From assembly GCA_965223845.1 (NCBI GenBank), contig CBDCXR010000004.1:960001-1024000 (forward strand): a DNA stretch of 64,000 nucleotides, read 5' to 3'. This stretch comes from Planctomycetota bacterium. GTDB lineage: Bacteria > Planctomycetota > UBA8108 > SXIK01. The notes under the pieces were generated by a model. The model was not told where the DNA came from, made no database searches, and was given only the letters and a program-made list of their open reading frames with translations. This document shows positions 9,826 through 19,479 of this stretch, one piece after another (within the stretch, counting starts at the first letter, position 1; every line of letters starts with the position of its first letter). Position numbers and translations under genes: made by a program.

Positions 9826-10976
9826 GTCGACGGAGGATCGTCGAGCTCCGTCGATCGATCGCGCGAGTCGTCCAGCGGCATGTTCGCATGAGCATCCCGC
9901 TCGAGAAGGTACTCTTCGGGGCGCAGGGAGGGGGGCGCACGGCCGCGCAGTGGGCAGAAGATTGCGGCGATTTGATGTTGCCGTCGCTCCCCATCGCCGA
10001 ATGGCCGCACGTTCTACTTCTCCGCGACTTCGACGACATCGGCGAGCGAGTATTCGACGATGATCGCTTCTTCGCGTGCGGGTACTTTCAAAACGCTCGG
10101 CGCTGTGTAGACCTTTACGGTCAGTTCACGTGGTGCCGAACCGACGAAGAGATTCGCGAAGCGGCGCGTTTCTTCGTCCGGCGCTACGCGGAGCGCACCT
10201 GGAGCGAGGGGAGCGGTGGTCGCACGACGACCAAGCAGGGGCATCCCGTCGTCGTCCGTCGAGTTCGCGCGTCGGATTGTTATCAGGCCTGCGATGGCCA
10301 CCACCGACTGTCCGCCGCGTACGCCGCCGGCGAACGGATGATTCGCGGACATATCAACCCGTGGCCGATCGTCTACACGCCAGTTCAAGAGCTCCTCTTG
10401 ACGGTCGCTCGACACGGCGGCCGGCGCCGCTGCTACCAGCCCGTCGATCGATGCGCTGAGGTCGGGTCCTGGCGCGTGGCGGCGGATTGGGACGGAAGGC
10501 TCGCCGCGGTGCTCGAAGCACTGAACGAACGGTGCCGCGACCGAACCATTCGCTACTTCGACGTTGCCGCCGGATTGGGGTGGATGATCGCGAAGCTGCG
10601 CGAGCGCGGTATCGATGCCGTCGGTGCTGAAGCCGACCCGGCAGCGTGTCGAGTCGGCTGGAATGTTCATGGGCTCGCGCCGGAGACGCTGCGGCATCGG
10701 GACGCCGTACCTCCGCTCTCCGAGCGCTTCGACGTCGTCGGTTGTCTCGACGCCGATTGGGTGGCGAGGAACCTCGTCTCGGATGCCGAGCGGAGATTCC
10801 GAGATCTCGACACCGCCGCCACCGACGTCCTTCTCGTCATCTCGGGGAGCGAAGCGACAACACGATCGCTCGCTGCGGCGATTCCGCGTTGGACGCGGTT
10901 CGAATCGGTTCGCGCGTTACCGCTCGCTCGCGAAACGAACGCGAAGCTACTCGTTTGTAGTTCCCCGAACATCTGA
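9822..10976 (+). CDS. ParB/sulfiredoxin-like domain fused to a methyltransferase-like domain
   Basis: ATG 9822 overlaps the upstream stop (ATGA). HPVVVRR...CDGHHRLSA is the ParB-N/Srx signature. YFDVAAGLG...GAEAD...FDVVGC is a Rossmann MTase-like segment. Confidence 0.65.
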   Translation: MSRRRIVELRRSIARVVQRHVRMSIPLEKVLFGAQGGGRTAAQWAEDCGDLMLPSLPIAEWPHVLLLRDFDDIGERVFDDDRFFACGYFQNARRCVDLYGQFTWCRTDEEIREAARFFVRRYAERTWSEGSGGRTTTKQGHPVVVRRVRASDCYQACDGHHRLSAAYAAGERMIRGHINPWPIVYTPVQELLLTVARHGGRRRCYQPVDRCAEVGSWRVAADWDGRLAAVLEALNERCRDRTIRYFDVAAGLGWMIAKLRERGIDAVGAEADPAACRVGWNVHGLAPETLRHRDAVPPLSERFDVVGCLDADWVARNLVSDAERRFRDLDTAATDVLLVISGSEATTRSLAAAIPRWTRFESVRALPLARETNAKLLVCSSPNI

Positions 10977-11303
10977 CGCAAACGCCGACTTCGCGTGGGT
11001 TGACTCGGCAGGGTTTCTCGAGTTCCTCACCCGGAATTCGCACCTGCTTAGTCTCCGTCGGTAAGGATTCTTTCCTACACGGCTCGTTCCGTGCACCGGC
11101 CATCCGAAATGCGACGAGACCACGAAGGAAACGGGTCACGGCGTCGCGCGAATCCGAACTCGAATGCGGGTCGAATCCATGGTGCGCGTGAGAGAGTTCA
11201 CGCGCCGAAAACACTGCTAGGCGTAGATCCAAATCAACTGTTTCGCACTTGGTTAAGAAAGAGATTTGACGTGGACGGAGATGCGGAGCTTTTGGTCGAC
11301 TCG

Positions 11304-12308
11304 ATGAGCGGCGCAGCCGACCCTTCGTCGCGCATCGAGGTAGTGTTTATCGGCGGCTACGAACGCAGCGGAACGACTCTGGTCCATAACATCGTGTCGC
11401 AGACCGCGGGGTTCTTCGGCGCGGGTGAGATCTCTCGGTTCTGGGACTGGGGCCTTCGTGGAAACCAGGACTGTACGTGCGGGCGGTCCTTCTCTCAGTG
11501 CTCGGTCTGGTCGTCCATCGCGGACGGGCTCGAGACCGGAGTGCGAGGAGCTCCGCACATGACTAAACTCACCGCAGCTGTCGCCAACGTCCGGCTGTTC
11601 ACGAGCAACTCGCCGGCGAAGCGGGCAAGCGTGGAAGCCGAGTTCGACACCTTCCGTCCGCAGATCGCCGCGCTCTACGCGTCGATTTGGCAGCGATTCG
11701 GCGGCGGTGCGATCGTCGATTCGTCCAAGACGCCGTTCTACCTGCGTCTTCTGCTCGGGCTGCCCTCGATCGACGTCAAGCTGATTCATGTCGTCCGTGA
11801 TCCGCGCGCGGTGGAGTACTCGAAGTATCGTCGTGCGCTCAGCGGGCACGAGTACTACTCCCGCCGTCACTCCTTGATTCGCGGAGCGCTGGCATGGAAT
11901 GCGATCAATCATGCGCTCCGGGACGCGATCGAGGACGGAACGGTGACCGGTACGACGATCCGCTACGAGGATATGGCGGGACAGCCGCGAGCCACCCTGG
12001 AGAGGGCGTTCGCAGAGCTGGGCCTCGACTTCGATCCGGCCCCGTTCGTCGACGATCATCGCGTCGTGCTCGAGCCCACGCATGTCTTCGCGGGCAGCGA
12101 CAGTCGGTCGGCCCACGCGGGCGAGATCTCGCTCCGCGCGGACAATCAGTGGGAAAACGCGTTGCCGCGAAAGCGTCGACGACTGATCGAGTGGCTCACC
12201 CTCCGTAGTCGGAGACGATTCGGCTACACCGCGTCCTCGGCGGCCCGCACGAGCCCACGCGCCGATCCGGTCGTCGATCGTCTGGAAGAGACCGTGACCA
12301 CCCATTGA
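11304..12308 (+). CDS. Sulfotransferase family protein
   Basis: 5'-PSB loop GYERSGTT, DSSK, 3'-PB VRDPRAV..S and RYED motifs. Start could also be GTG 11271. Confidence 0.88.
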   Translation: MSGAADPSSRIEVVFIGGYERSGTTLVHNIVSQTAGFFGAGEISRFWDWGLRGNQDCTCGRSFSQCSVWSSIADGLETGVRGAPHMTKLTAAVANVRLFTSNSPAKRASVEAEFDTFRPQIAALYASIWQRFGGGAIVDSSKTPFYLRLLLGLPSIDVKLIHVVRDPRAVEYSKYRRALSGHEYYSRRHSLIRGALAWNAINHALRDAIEDGTVTGTTIRYEDMAGQPRATLERAFAELGLDFDPAPFVDDHRVVLEPTHVFAGSDSRSAHAGEISLRADNQWENALPRKRRRLIEWLTLRSRRRFGYTASSAARTSPRADPVVDRLEETVTTH

Positions 12309-12403
12309 AGCCGCGGGTATTCGGATGAGATCCGCGAAGCCGTTCGTGCCTCGGCGCGGCGGAGTCGTTTCGGGGCTCGGCCCCATCCCCGCGAACGCGC
12401 CGG

Positions 12404-13861
12404 TTAAAAGGACGGTCGCAGTCGTTCTCGTTCGCGCACCGGACGCTTGGGAGCCGCGCGCCCCGGATTTCGCGGTGGTGGCTTCGCCGTGCGTTGGGGC
12501 CGAGATCGCTCAACTCTCGCTCGCGACTCTGCCCTCGGCTCAGAGGGCGCACGGCTCGAGGATCGTTTCATCTCCCGCAGGGCTCCGGTGACGCCGGCGG
12601 CGACCGTCGCATAGAGCGGAATGGGCATAGCATTGGAGAGGCAGTCGTACATGAAGAGTAAGCCGATGGTCGCGGCGGCCGCGGCCGGGGCATAGCGCGG
12701 GTGAAGGAGCTTCTTCTTCGCCCTCCTGACCAGCAGAAACGCCGGGAGTACCCACGCCGCCACGAAGGCGACCAATCCCACGACGCCGCGCTGCCCGAGA
12801 GCGATGATCCACAGGCTGTCGACCGTCGTCAGGTCGCGGCCTTCGTCGTCGTACACTCGGTTGCGCCCCCAACCACCCCAACCGAACCACCGCTGCTGGA
12901 GCGCCTTCTCGATCAGCAGCGTCTCGTTGTCGATCCGGAATTGCAGCGAACCCGCGCGTTCCTCGCTGATGCGCTCTCGAATGAACTCGACGACGCCGGC
13001 GAACTGATAGTCGTAGCCCGCCCGGCTGATCAGGATGGCGGGCATCCCGAGCACGAAGAGGAGGTACACCCACGCCGTTCGCTTCGACACATGGAGAGCG
13101 AAGATTCCCGCCACCGTGAGAACGAGCGCTCCCATCGATTTGCACGCGACGGTGGTGACCGCGATCGCGCCGAGCAAGAGGTGCGTCGGAACGGTCCAGA
13201 CGCGGCGGACGATGCGCGAGCGCCAGAGGCAGTATCCGGCGGTGGTCGCCACCCCCATCCAAAGCGCGAGCATGAGACCGTGGGTGAGAAACACCTGCGG
13301 TCGCCAGCCGCCCCAGCGTTTCGTCTGTGAAAACGTGTGGACACGAAAGCCGTACACGATCCGGTGAAGCTGTGGGCTCATCCGGACTTCGAACAGACAG
13401 AGCGGAATGTAGAGTAGGCCGCCGACGAAAATCCAGAAGACGAGGGTCCTCAGTCCCTGCCGATCGCTGAAGAGCACCCGTCCCGAGATGTACGGGATCC
13501 CCCAGAAGAGCGTGCTGTTCATGAGCTCGCTCAGCGCGTCGTAGAGGCCGAGCTTGTTGCTGAGCGAGCTGATCGTGGGGGAGAGCACCCACATGATCAT
13601 GGGGAGATCCAGCCACCCCGGCCTGAAGCTGAAGAGCCGCTGCGGACAGAAGAGGATCATTCCCGTCATCACGCCGACCGATGTGACGGTGATCTTGTTC
13701 ATACTGGGCAGGGCGCCGGGAAGGGCGATCGACGCCATGGGTAGGAACAAGAACCCGAACACGAACGCGACGGCGGCGGCGGTCCGTGGGCGCGTCAGGT
13801 GAAAGAGCACCAGGATGCACGGCAGCCAAAGCGCGAGCGCGATGTAGTTGAGGATGAACAT
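12404..13861 (-). CDS. O-antigen ligase/Wzy-like polytopic membrane protein
   Basis: Many hydrophobic segments, EVRMSPQLH, WRPQVFL.HGL and FGWGGWGRNR motifs, located within a glycan locus. Confidence 0.8.
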   Translation of the reverse strand: MFILNYIALALWLPCILVLFHLTRPRTAAAVAFVFGFLFLPMASIALPGALPSMNKITVTSVGVMTGMILFCPQRLFSFRPGWLDLPMIMWVLSPTISSLSNKLGLYDALSELMNSTLFWGIPYISGRVLFSDRQGLRTLVFWIFVGGLLYIPLCLFEVRMSPQLHRIVYGFRVHTFSQTKRWGGWRPQVFLTHGLMLALWMGVATTAGYCLWRSRIVRRVWTVPTHLLLGAIAVTTVACKSMGALVLTVAGIFALHVSKRTAWVYLLFVLGMPAILISRAGYDYQFAGVVEFIRERISEERAGSLQFRIDNETLLIEKALQQRWFGWGGWGRNRVYDDEGRDLTTVDSLWIIALGQRGVVGLVAFVAAWVLPAFLLVRRAKKKLLHPRYAPAAAAATIGLLFMYDCLSNAMPIPLYATVAAGVTGALREMKRSSSRAPSEPRAESRARVERSRPQRTAKPPPRNPGRAAPKRPVRERERLRPSF

Positions 13862-14440
13862 TCGTTTACGGTCGATCGACCGAGGACGACTCGCGAGCGC
13901 GAGGTCGATGAAGAGGCGCGATATCGGAACCGGATGGCCGAATGGACTGGGGCGGAACGCGCCTCCGCCCGCGACGCGAGTCGGCCGCGCTCTCCATCCG
14001 TCGGCATTGTGATCAGTCTAACTTCCTCGCGGCGCGGAGGGTTTGCCGTTTTTTCGGAGAGAAGCCAGCCGAGCGATTCTCTCGACGCGCGGCTTCCACC
14101 GAAGTCGGAGATCCGTGTGCGCACGCGGGCCGTCAGCGTGGAAGCGAAAGTCTCAGCGAGCTGTCGTGCGAAGTCGATATCGAGTAGAGTGCGTCGGCGG
14201 TCTCGATCGACGTTTTCGGCCCGTCAGGCGATTCACCGGCGTGCAGCGAGCGGCGCTCGCCGGCGCTGGCCTGAGGGATCCCAAGTCAACGTCGATCGGC
14301 ACTTCGGGCGATGGGTTCGCTCTCCCACCTCGCGGCCGAGACTCCGCACCTTCGATCGAGCGATCGCGCGGTGAGGAATCCCGAAACTCCACGCGACGCG
14401 CCATCGCTCCCGTTCCGCGTCAGCCGACGCCGCCCGACCG

Positions 14441-15928
14441 ATGACTCAAGACACCGTATCCACTCCAGCCGCGTCCGGTTCGTCTCAGCCCCTCCGCTCG
14501 AAGGTCACGCGCGGCGCGCTTTGGACCGTAGGTGGGTACGGCGTGACGCAGGGCATCCGGCTCGGCGGCAACTTCGTCGCGGCGTGGTGGCTCCTCCCCG
14601 AAGCGTTCGGCCTGATGGCGATCGTAACGATCTGGATGCAGGGGCTCCGGATGTTCTCCGACTTCGGAATCCAGCCGGCCATCATTCAAAACGAGCGTGG
14701 CGCAGAGCCGGAGTTCCTCGACTCCGCGTGGATGATTCAGATCTTTCGGGGGTTCGGGCTCTGCCTCATCTGTCTCGTTTCCACGGTGCCGATGGCCTGG
14801 TTCTTCGCGCAGCGCGATCCGGGCTCCTGGCAGCTCCTCGGCCTCCTCCCCGCCGTCGGCTGCGCCGCGATCGTCGCCGGGTTCGAATCGCCGAAGCTGC
14901 ACCTCGCGAGCCGAAACCTGCTCATAGGGAAGCTCACGATTTTGGCGTTCGTCCGGCAGTGCGTGAACGTCGCGACCATGCTCACGTGCGCGTACGTGTT
15001 CAAAAATGTGTGGGCGCTCGTCATCGGGGGCTTCGTCGGTACGACGGTGCACGTGATTCTGAGCCACCTGTGGCTGCCGGGGCCTCGCGGCCGGTTGCGA
15101 CTGAATCGTGACTGCGCCCGCGAGATCCTCCGCTTCGGCAAGTGGATCTTCGCTAGCACGCTCTTCATGTTTCTCTCGTCGAACATCGATCGTCTCGTCC
15201 TCGCGAGCCTGCTTCCGCTCGAGATCGTCGGCCTCTACCACATCGCCTACGTCCTCGCGGATATCGCGATTCAAATCGCTTCTCGGCTGACGAGCGCGAT
15301 CCTCTATCCGGTGCTCGCGGATTACCGAAACGATCACGCGCGTATGGTCGAGGTCTGTCTCCGCGCGCGACGGCCGATCCTCTGGGCCTCGTCCGCGGCG
15401 TGCATCGGGATCTGCCTCGTCGCCCCGACGTTCTTCAAGCTCTATCGCGAGCACTACGCCGGATGCGGACCGATCGCTCGCTGGCTCACGGTGTTCGTGT
15501 GGGTCGCGCTCCTCGTCCTCACGATCAACCGCCTGCCCCTCGCCATGGGAAAGCCGCGAGTCTTGTTCAACGCGAACGTGGCGACCTCCGTCGTCAGCCT
15601 GCCGCTCTCAGTGCTCGGTTTCTTTCAGTTCGACATCCCGGGATTCATTATCGGGCTCGCCATCGGCCAGCTGGTGAAGTACGTCGTGCTCACCGCTGCG
15701 ATCGGGGAGGGGCGCCGAGAGATTCACGCGCAGACGCTGAGGTTTACCGTCGCCGTCTCAGCGTACTGCGCGGGATCGCTGCTCGTCCTCGGGGCGATCG
15801 AGTCGTTCTGGTTGAATCTTAGCGTAATGTTTGTCCTTGCCGCGCTACCGCAGATCGGGGCGGCGAGGATGGTTTGGGTGACGTATCGCGGTGGTCGGAA
15901 GAAGAGCTCGGCCGCTCCAGCGACGTGA
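14441..15928 (+). CDS. wzx: Oligosaccharide flippase (Wzx/PST family)
   Basis: RGALWT...LLPEAFGLMA...FSDFGI...IIQ and FGKWIF...NIDRLVL...VGLY motifs, with about 12 TM segments. Confidence 0.88.
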   Translation: MTQDTVSTPAASGSSQPLRSKVTRGALWTVGGYGVTQGIRLGGNFVAAWWLLPEAFGLMAIVTIWMQGLRMFSDFGIQPAIIQNERGAEPEFLDSAWMIQIFRGFGLCLICLVSTVPMAWFFAQRDPGSWQLLGLLPAVGCAAIVAGFESPKLHLASRNLLIGKLTILAFVRQCVNVATMLTCAYVFKNVWALVIGGFVGTTVHVILSHLWLPGPRGRLRLNRDCAREILRFGKWIFASTLFMFLSSNIDRLVLASLLPLEIVGLYHIAYVLADIAIQIASRLTSAILYPVLADYRNDHARMVEVCLRARRPILWASSAACIGICLVAPTFFKLYREHYAGCGPIARWLTVFVWVALLVLTINRLPLAMGKPRVLFNANVATSVVSLPLSVLGFFQFDIPGFIIGLAIGQLVKYVVLTAAIGEGRREIHAQTLRFTVAVSAYCAGSLLVLGAIESFWLNLSVMFVLAALPQIGAARMVWVTYRGGRKKSSAAPAT

Positions 15929-15989
15929 TCTCCCTCACATTTACCTGCGCGTCCGCGCGCGAGTCCGCCTCGTGCCACCAGTAGTACCG

Positions 15990-16015
15990 AAAAAGCGGCT
16001 TGATTCTTAAGCCGC
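15990..16015 (-). terminator. Hairpin with T-tract on the minus strand (terminator-like)
   Basis: The minus strand reads gcggctt-aagaatc-aagccgc-ttttt. Confidence 0.5.
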
Positions 16016-16364
16016 GTCGGTTTATCAGCGGGCCTGCTTTGTTGCGTTCGTCGACGTGGGCGCAGACGGATGGGAGCACTTCCCGCCGTCGTCGTTGGCA
16101 CGCATCTCGCAGTCGACGGGTCTCTTAGACGTCCTGTCCCGGTCGTTCTTGACCGGGAACTTGGGTGCGGTTCCCGCCCGTTTTCTTCTCGGTGCGTAGA
16201 ATTGGGAATGGGTGTAAAGGGTCTCACCACCTCTCCCAGAATGCCCCTAACCGGCTGAGTTTCAGTGGCTTACGTGCGAAATTCGCATGCGTGGTCTCGT
16301 TCTTGCTTCCTGGCTGGCGGTTTGACGCGGGGGCGTCGCTGGTAGAGCTCGAAAGGAGTTGCAG

Positions 16365-17882
16365 ATGGGTCCGTCGAGACGCAGTTTTCTTTCTGCACTG
16401 GCCGTCGCGGTCGTCGCCATGGGCGTCGGTCGATCGGTCGTAGCGAACGAGTCGGTCGCTCCGGCCGCACCGACAAATCTGCGGGTCGTGACGAACGAGC
16501 AGCCCGCGCCCGACGCGTCGGGGTGGACGACGTTCGCCGCGTCCGACGATACGCGAGCGGTATTCGTCAGCATCTCGAGTGGGAACGACGCCAATTCTGG
16601 TCTTTCGGAGACCGAGCCGGTGCAGACGCTCGCCGCCGGGTACGCGCGTCTCCGCCACGGTTTCCCCGATTGGCTGCTGCTCAAAAAGGGCGACGTGTGG
16701 CGCGAAGGATTTCCGACGTGGAAGAAGGGCGGTCGTTCTGCAACCGAGCCGATGCTCGTCGCAACGTACGGCACCGGCGCCCGACCCAGCGTCTGCCCGC
16801 CGTCCGGAGACCGAGCGCTGCTCCTTCACAAGGACGCGATCGGGGATCTCGCGTTCGTGGGACTCGATCTCTACGCGGAAGGTCGAGATCCTTCCTCGCC
16901 CGCTTACACGGCCGCTGCTTCCCAGGCGATGCCGACCGGAGTGACTTCCGTCGGCGGACTCAAGCGGGTCCTCTTTGAGGATTGCTCGATTCGGTTCTTC
17001 GCGACAAACGTCGTGATCCAGGAGTACACCGGACCCACGCCGACCAACTACCGCTTCCACCGGTGCATCATTTCGGACGCGTATTCGTTGGGCTCGCATT
17101 CCCAAGGAATGTACTCGAGCGACTCCAAAGGACTCCACATCTCGGAGTGCATCTTCGATCACAACGGGTGGAACGAAGCGGTCGGAGCCGAGGCGACGAT
17201 CTTTAACCACAACGTCTACCTCCAAGGCTGTGACGACGTCCGAATTCACGATACGGTTTTCGGCCGCGCGTCGAGCTTCGGGATCAAGCTGCGATCTGAG
17301 TCGTACCGAGGGTCGGTGAATCTTTCGATCCGCGACAATCTGTTCGTCGCCTGCGGAAATACGATCTCGGTCGGCGGTAACAACACGTCCGAGCACACGT
17401 TCGCGAACGTCGTGTTCGAAGGAAACGTGCTCACCGAAATCGGTCGGACGATCAACAACGCCGAGCAGGCCTACGGACTTCACTTCAACTGCACCGACGG
17501 CGGGCGAGCCGTGGGGAACTACTTCCTCCACAAATCGACTCTCGGCCGGACGTTTGCGCTCCTCGTGACGCATCGACCGAATCGGGAACTCGACCTTTCG
17601 GGGAACGTCATGCATGAGTGGGCCGCGAACGGAGACATCATCGAGATCGACACGACCGAGCCGACGGTGGTCGTGAGCAACAACCTGGTCGATCCGGATC
17701 CCGCTACGCTCGTCGACCCGAACGCAACGGTCGCGCGTTACGCCGCCGACCGCCTGCGAGGACAATCGAGCATCGACTGGCTCCTCACGAAGTGTAAGAC
17801 GCTCTCGAAGAGCTCTTGGGATCCACGCCTGACAGCGAAGGAGATCGTGACCTACATGAAGGAGGCCGCGACTCTCCGCTGA
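16365..17882 (+). CDS. Tat-signal secreted right-handed beta-helix protein (pectin lyase-like fold)
   Basis: AAGGAG RBS, SRRSFL twin-arginine signal, VSISSGNDANSGLS, LLLKKGDVW, and repeated I..N.F beta-helix turns (HSQGMY, FDHNGW, HNVY). Confidence 0.75.
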   Translation: MGPSRRSFLSALAVAVVAMGVGRSVVANESVAPAAPTNLRVVTNEQPAPDASGWTTFAASDDTRAVFVSISSGNDANSGLSETEPVQTLAAGYARLRHGFPDWLLLKKGDVWREGFPTWKKGGRSATEPMLVATYGTGARPSVCPPSGDRALLLHKDAIGDLAFVGLDLYAEGRDPSSPAYTAAASQAMPTGVTSVGGLKRVLFEDCSIRFFATNVVIQEYTGPTPTNYRFHRCIISDAYSLGSHSQGMYSSDSKGLHISECIFDHNGWNEAVGAEATIFNHNVYLQGCDDVRIHDTVFGRASSFGIKLRSESYRGSVNLSIRDNLFVACGNTISVGGNNTSEHTFANVVFEGNVLTEIGRTINNAEQAYGLHFNCTDGGRAVGNYFLHKSTLGRTFALLVTHRPNRELDLSGNVMHEWAANGDIIEIDTTEPTVVVSNNLVDPDPATLVDPNATVARYAADRLRGQSSIDWLLTKCKTLSKSSWDPRLTAKEIVTYMKEAATLR

Positions 17883-17914
17883 TCGCTCATCGGACGTCAG
17901 TCCGGCTGAGTGCG

Positions 17915-17959
17915 CGCGGGGTCCGCCGGCGGATGGCCGGCGGACCCCGCGTTTTCTAT
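17915..17959 (+). terminator. Rho-independent terminator
   Basis: Perfect 16-bp stem cgcggggtccgccggc/gccggcggaccccgcg followed by ttttctat. Confidence 0.8.
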
Positions 17960-18124
17960 TGCGGGGCTCTGGCACGCCGCGACTCGATGCCGGGGGCGCC
18001 GTATCGGAGCCGCATTGTTCCGAGTACGATCGGAGTCAACGACTGCGCGCCGGACGGCCGAGGAATCGGGCGGTGCAAGATCGATCGGTGAACGGAATCG
18101 GCGCGAAGAAGCGGGGAGAGACGA

Positions 18125-19216
18125 ATGAGAGTGTCCATCGGCATTCTCGCTTACAACGAGGAGTTTTCGATCGGAACGACCATCCGATCGCTCTTCGAGC
18201 AGTCGCTTCTCCAGGGAGAAGTCGACGGTGTCGACGCCGTCGAAGTCGTCTGTGTGCCGAACGGCTGCACGGACTCCACCGCTCGCGTTGCGGAGGAGAC
18301 GTTCGAGAGCCTCCGAGACGAGACGCGCTCCTCGGTCACGACTCGAGTCTGCGATCTCGAGCAGGGCGGCAAGATGAACGCGTGGAACGAATTCGTCCAC
18401 CGGTTGAGCGATCCCGCGGCGGACTATCTCCTCCTCCTCGACGGCGACATCCGCCTTCTCGATCGCGCGGGTTGCGGCGCCTTGATCTCCGCCCTTCGCG
18501 ACGATCCTCATCTCTTGATTTCCGGCGGCATCCCGATCAAGCACGTGGCGTTCAAGAAGCGAAAGACGCTGCGCGACCGGATTTCCCTTTCGATGTCGGG
18601 GATGCGCCGCGAGGGAATCCGCGCGAAGATCGCGGGCTGTTACTACTGCGCTCGAAGTAGCGATCTCCGGCGGCTCGTGTTTCCTGCGGGGACCGTCGCG
18701 GAGGACGAGTTCCTGGTCGTTTGTGCCTGCTCGAACTACTTCACGGAGCCGTACGACCCCAAGCGAGTCGTAAATCCACCCGAAGCGACGGCCGTCTTCC
18801 AGGCCTACACGAGCTTCGGCGAGGTTTACCACAACCTAAAGCGCCGTGCGGTCACGCGCTTCGTGAACTACGTTCTCCTCGGTTTCCTCGACGGAGCACG
18901 GCGCGAGGGGACTATGGGCGCCGACGCGGGCGAAATCCTCCACCATATGGAGCGTCAGGATCCCGACTGGTTTCGCAAACGGCTCGACGAGCACGTCGCG
19001 AACTCGGGTTGGTGGGTGATGCCGCCTCGCGTCCTCAGCGGGCGCTACTACGTTTGGAGCCAGCAAAGCTCTTGGAGCAAGGTGAAGCGCTTCCCGATCA
19101 TGGTCGGCTCCTCGCTCCTCGATTTCGTCGTCTACTGGAACGCGAATCGCGCGGTGAAAAGTGGCTCGCTCAATCTCTGGCGGACGACGCGGACGACGGA
19201 ATTGTCGTCGGGTTGA
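18125..19216 (+). CDS. Glycosyltransferase family 2
   Basis: VSIGILAYNEE, NGCTDST, GKMNAWN, LLDGD (DxD) and AEDEF motifs. Confidence 0.88.
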   Translation: MRVSIGILAYNEEFSIGTTIRSLFEQSLLQGEVDGVDAVEVVCVPNGCTDSTARVAEETFESLRDETRSSVTTRVCDLEQGGKMNAWNEFVHRLSDPAADYLLLLDGDIRLLDRAGCGALISALRDDPHLLISGGIPIKHVAFKKRKTLRDRISLSMSGMRREGIRAKIAGCYYCARSSDLRRLVFPAGTVAEDEFLVVCACSNYFTEPYDPKRVVNPPEATAVFQAYTSFGEVYHNLKRRAVTRFVNYVLLGFLDGARREGTMGADAGEILHHMERQDPDWFRKRLDEHVANSGWWVMPPRVLSGRYYVWSQQSSWSKVKRFPIMVGSSLLDFVVYWNANRAVKSGSLNLWRTTRTTELSSG

Positions 19217-19479
19217 GAGACGGTCGCGGGCTCGCCGCCGCGTTTCATGGGAGCGAGCGCCATCCTCGGGATTGTGACGACGAAAAAGTAGTCCGCCGTC
19301 ACCCACAGTGCCCGAGCGATACCGTGCAGCACCTCGGCCCGCGGGTTGCGGTCGAATTCCATCCGCTCGATCTTCGACATCGACGACGGCGTCACGCCGG
19401 CCATCTTCGGGAGCTCTTGCTGTTTGATCCCGAGATCGCGTCGGATGTTCAGAATCTTTCGGCCGGTGGACCAGGTCAT
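19132..19479 (-). pseudogene. Degenerate XRE-family helix-turn-helix regulator
   Basis: ATG 19479 overlaps the TIR stop (ATGA). IRRDLGIKQQEL..MAGVT.SSMSKIER...NP...L..IARAL.VTADY is an XRE pattern with atypical P/M/W substitutions. The 3' end runs 85 nt into the convergent GT2 gene. Confidence 0.6.

Noticed and set aside
13862-14440. ORFs or a JUMPstart/ops element in the divergent wzy-wzx spacer
   Set aside because: The ORFs are Arg/Ser-rich without coding character, and no GGCGGTAG ops motif was seen.
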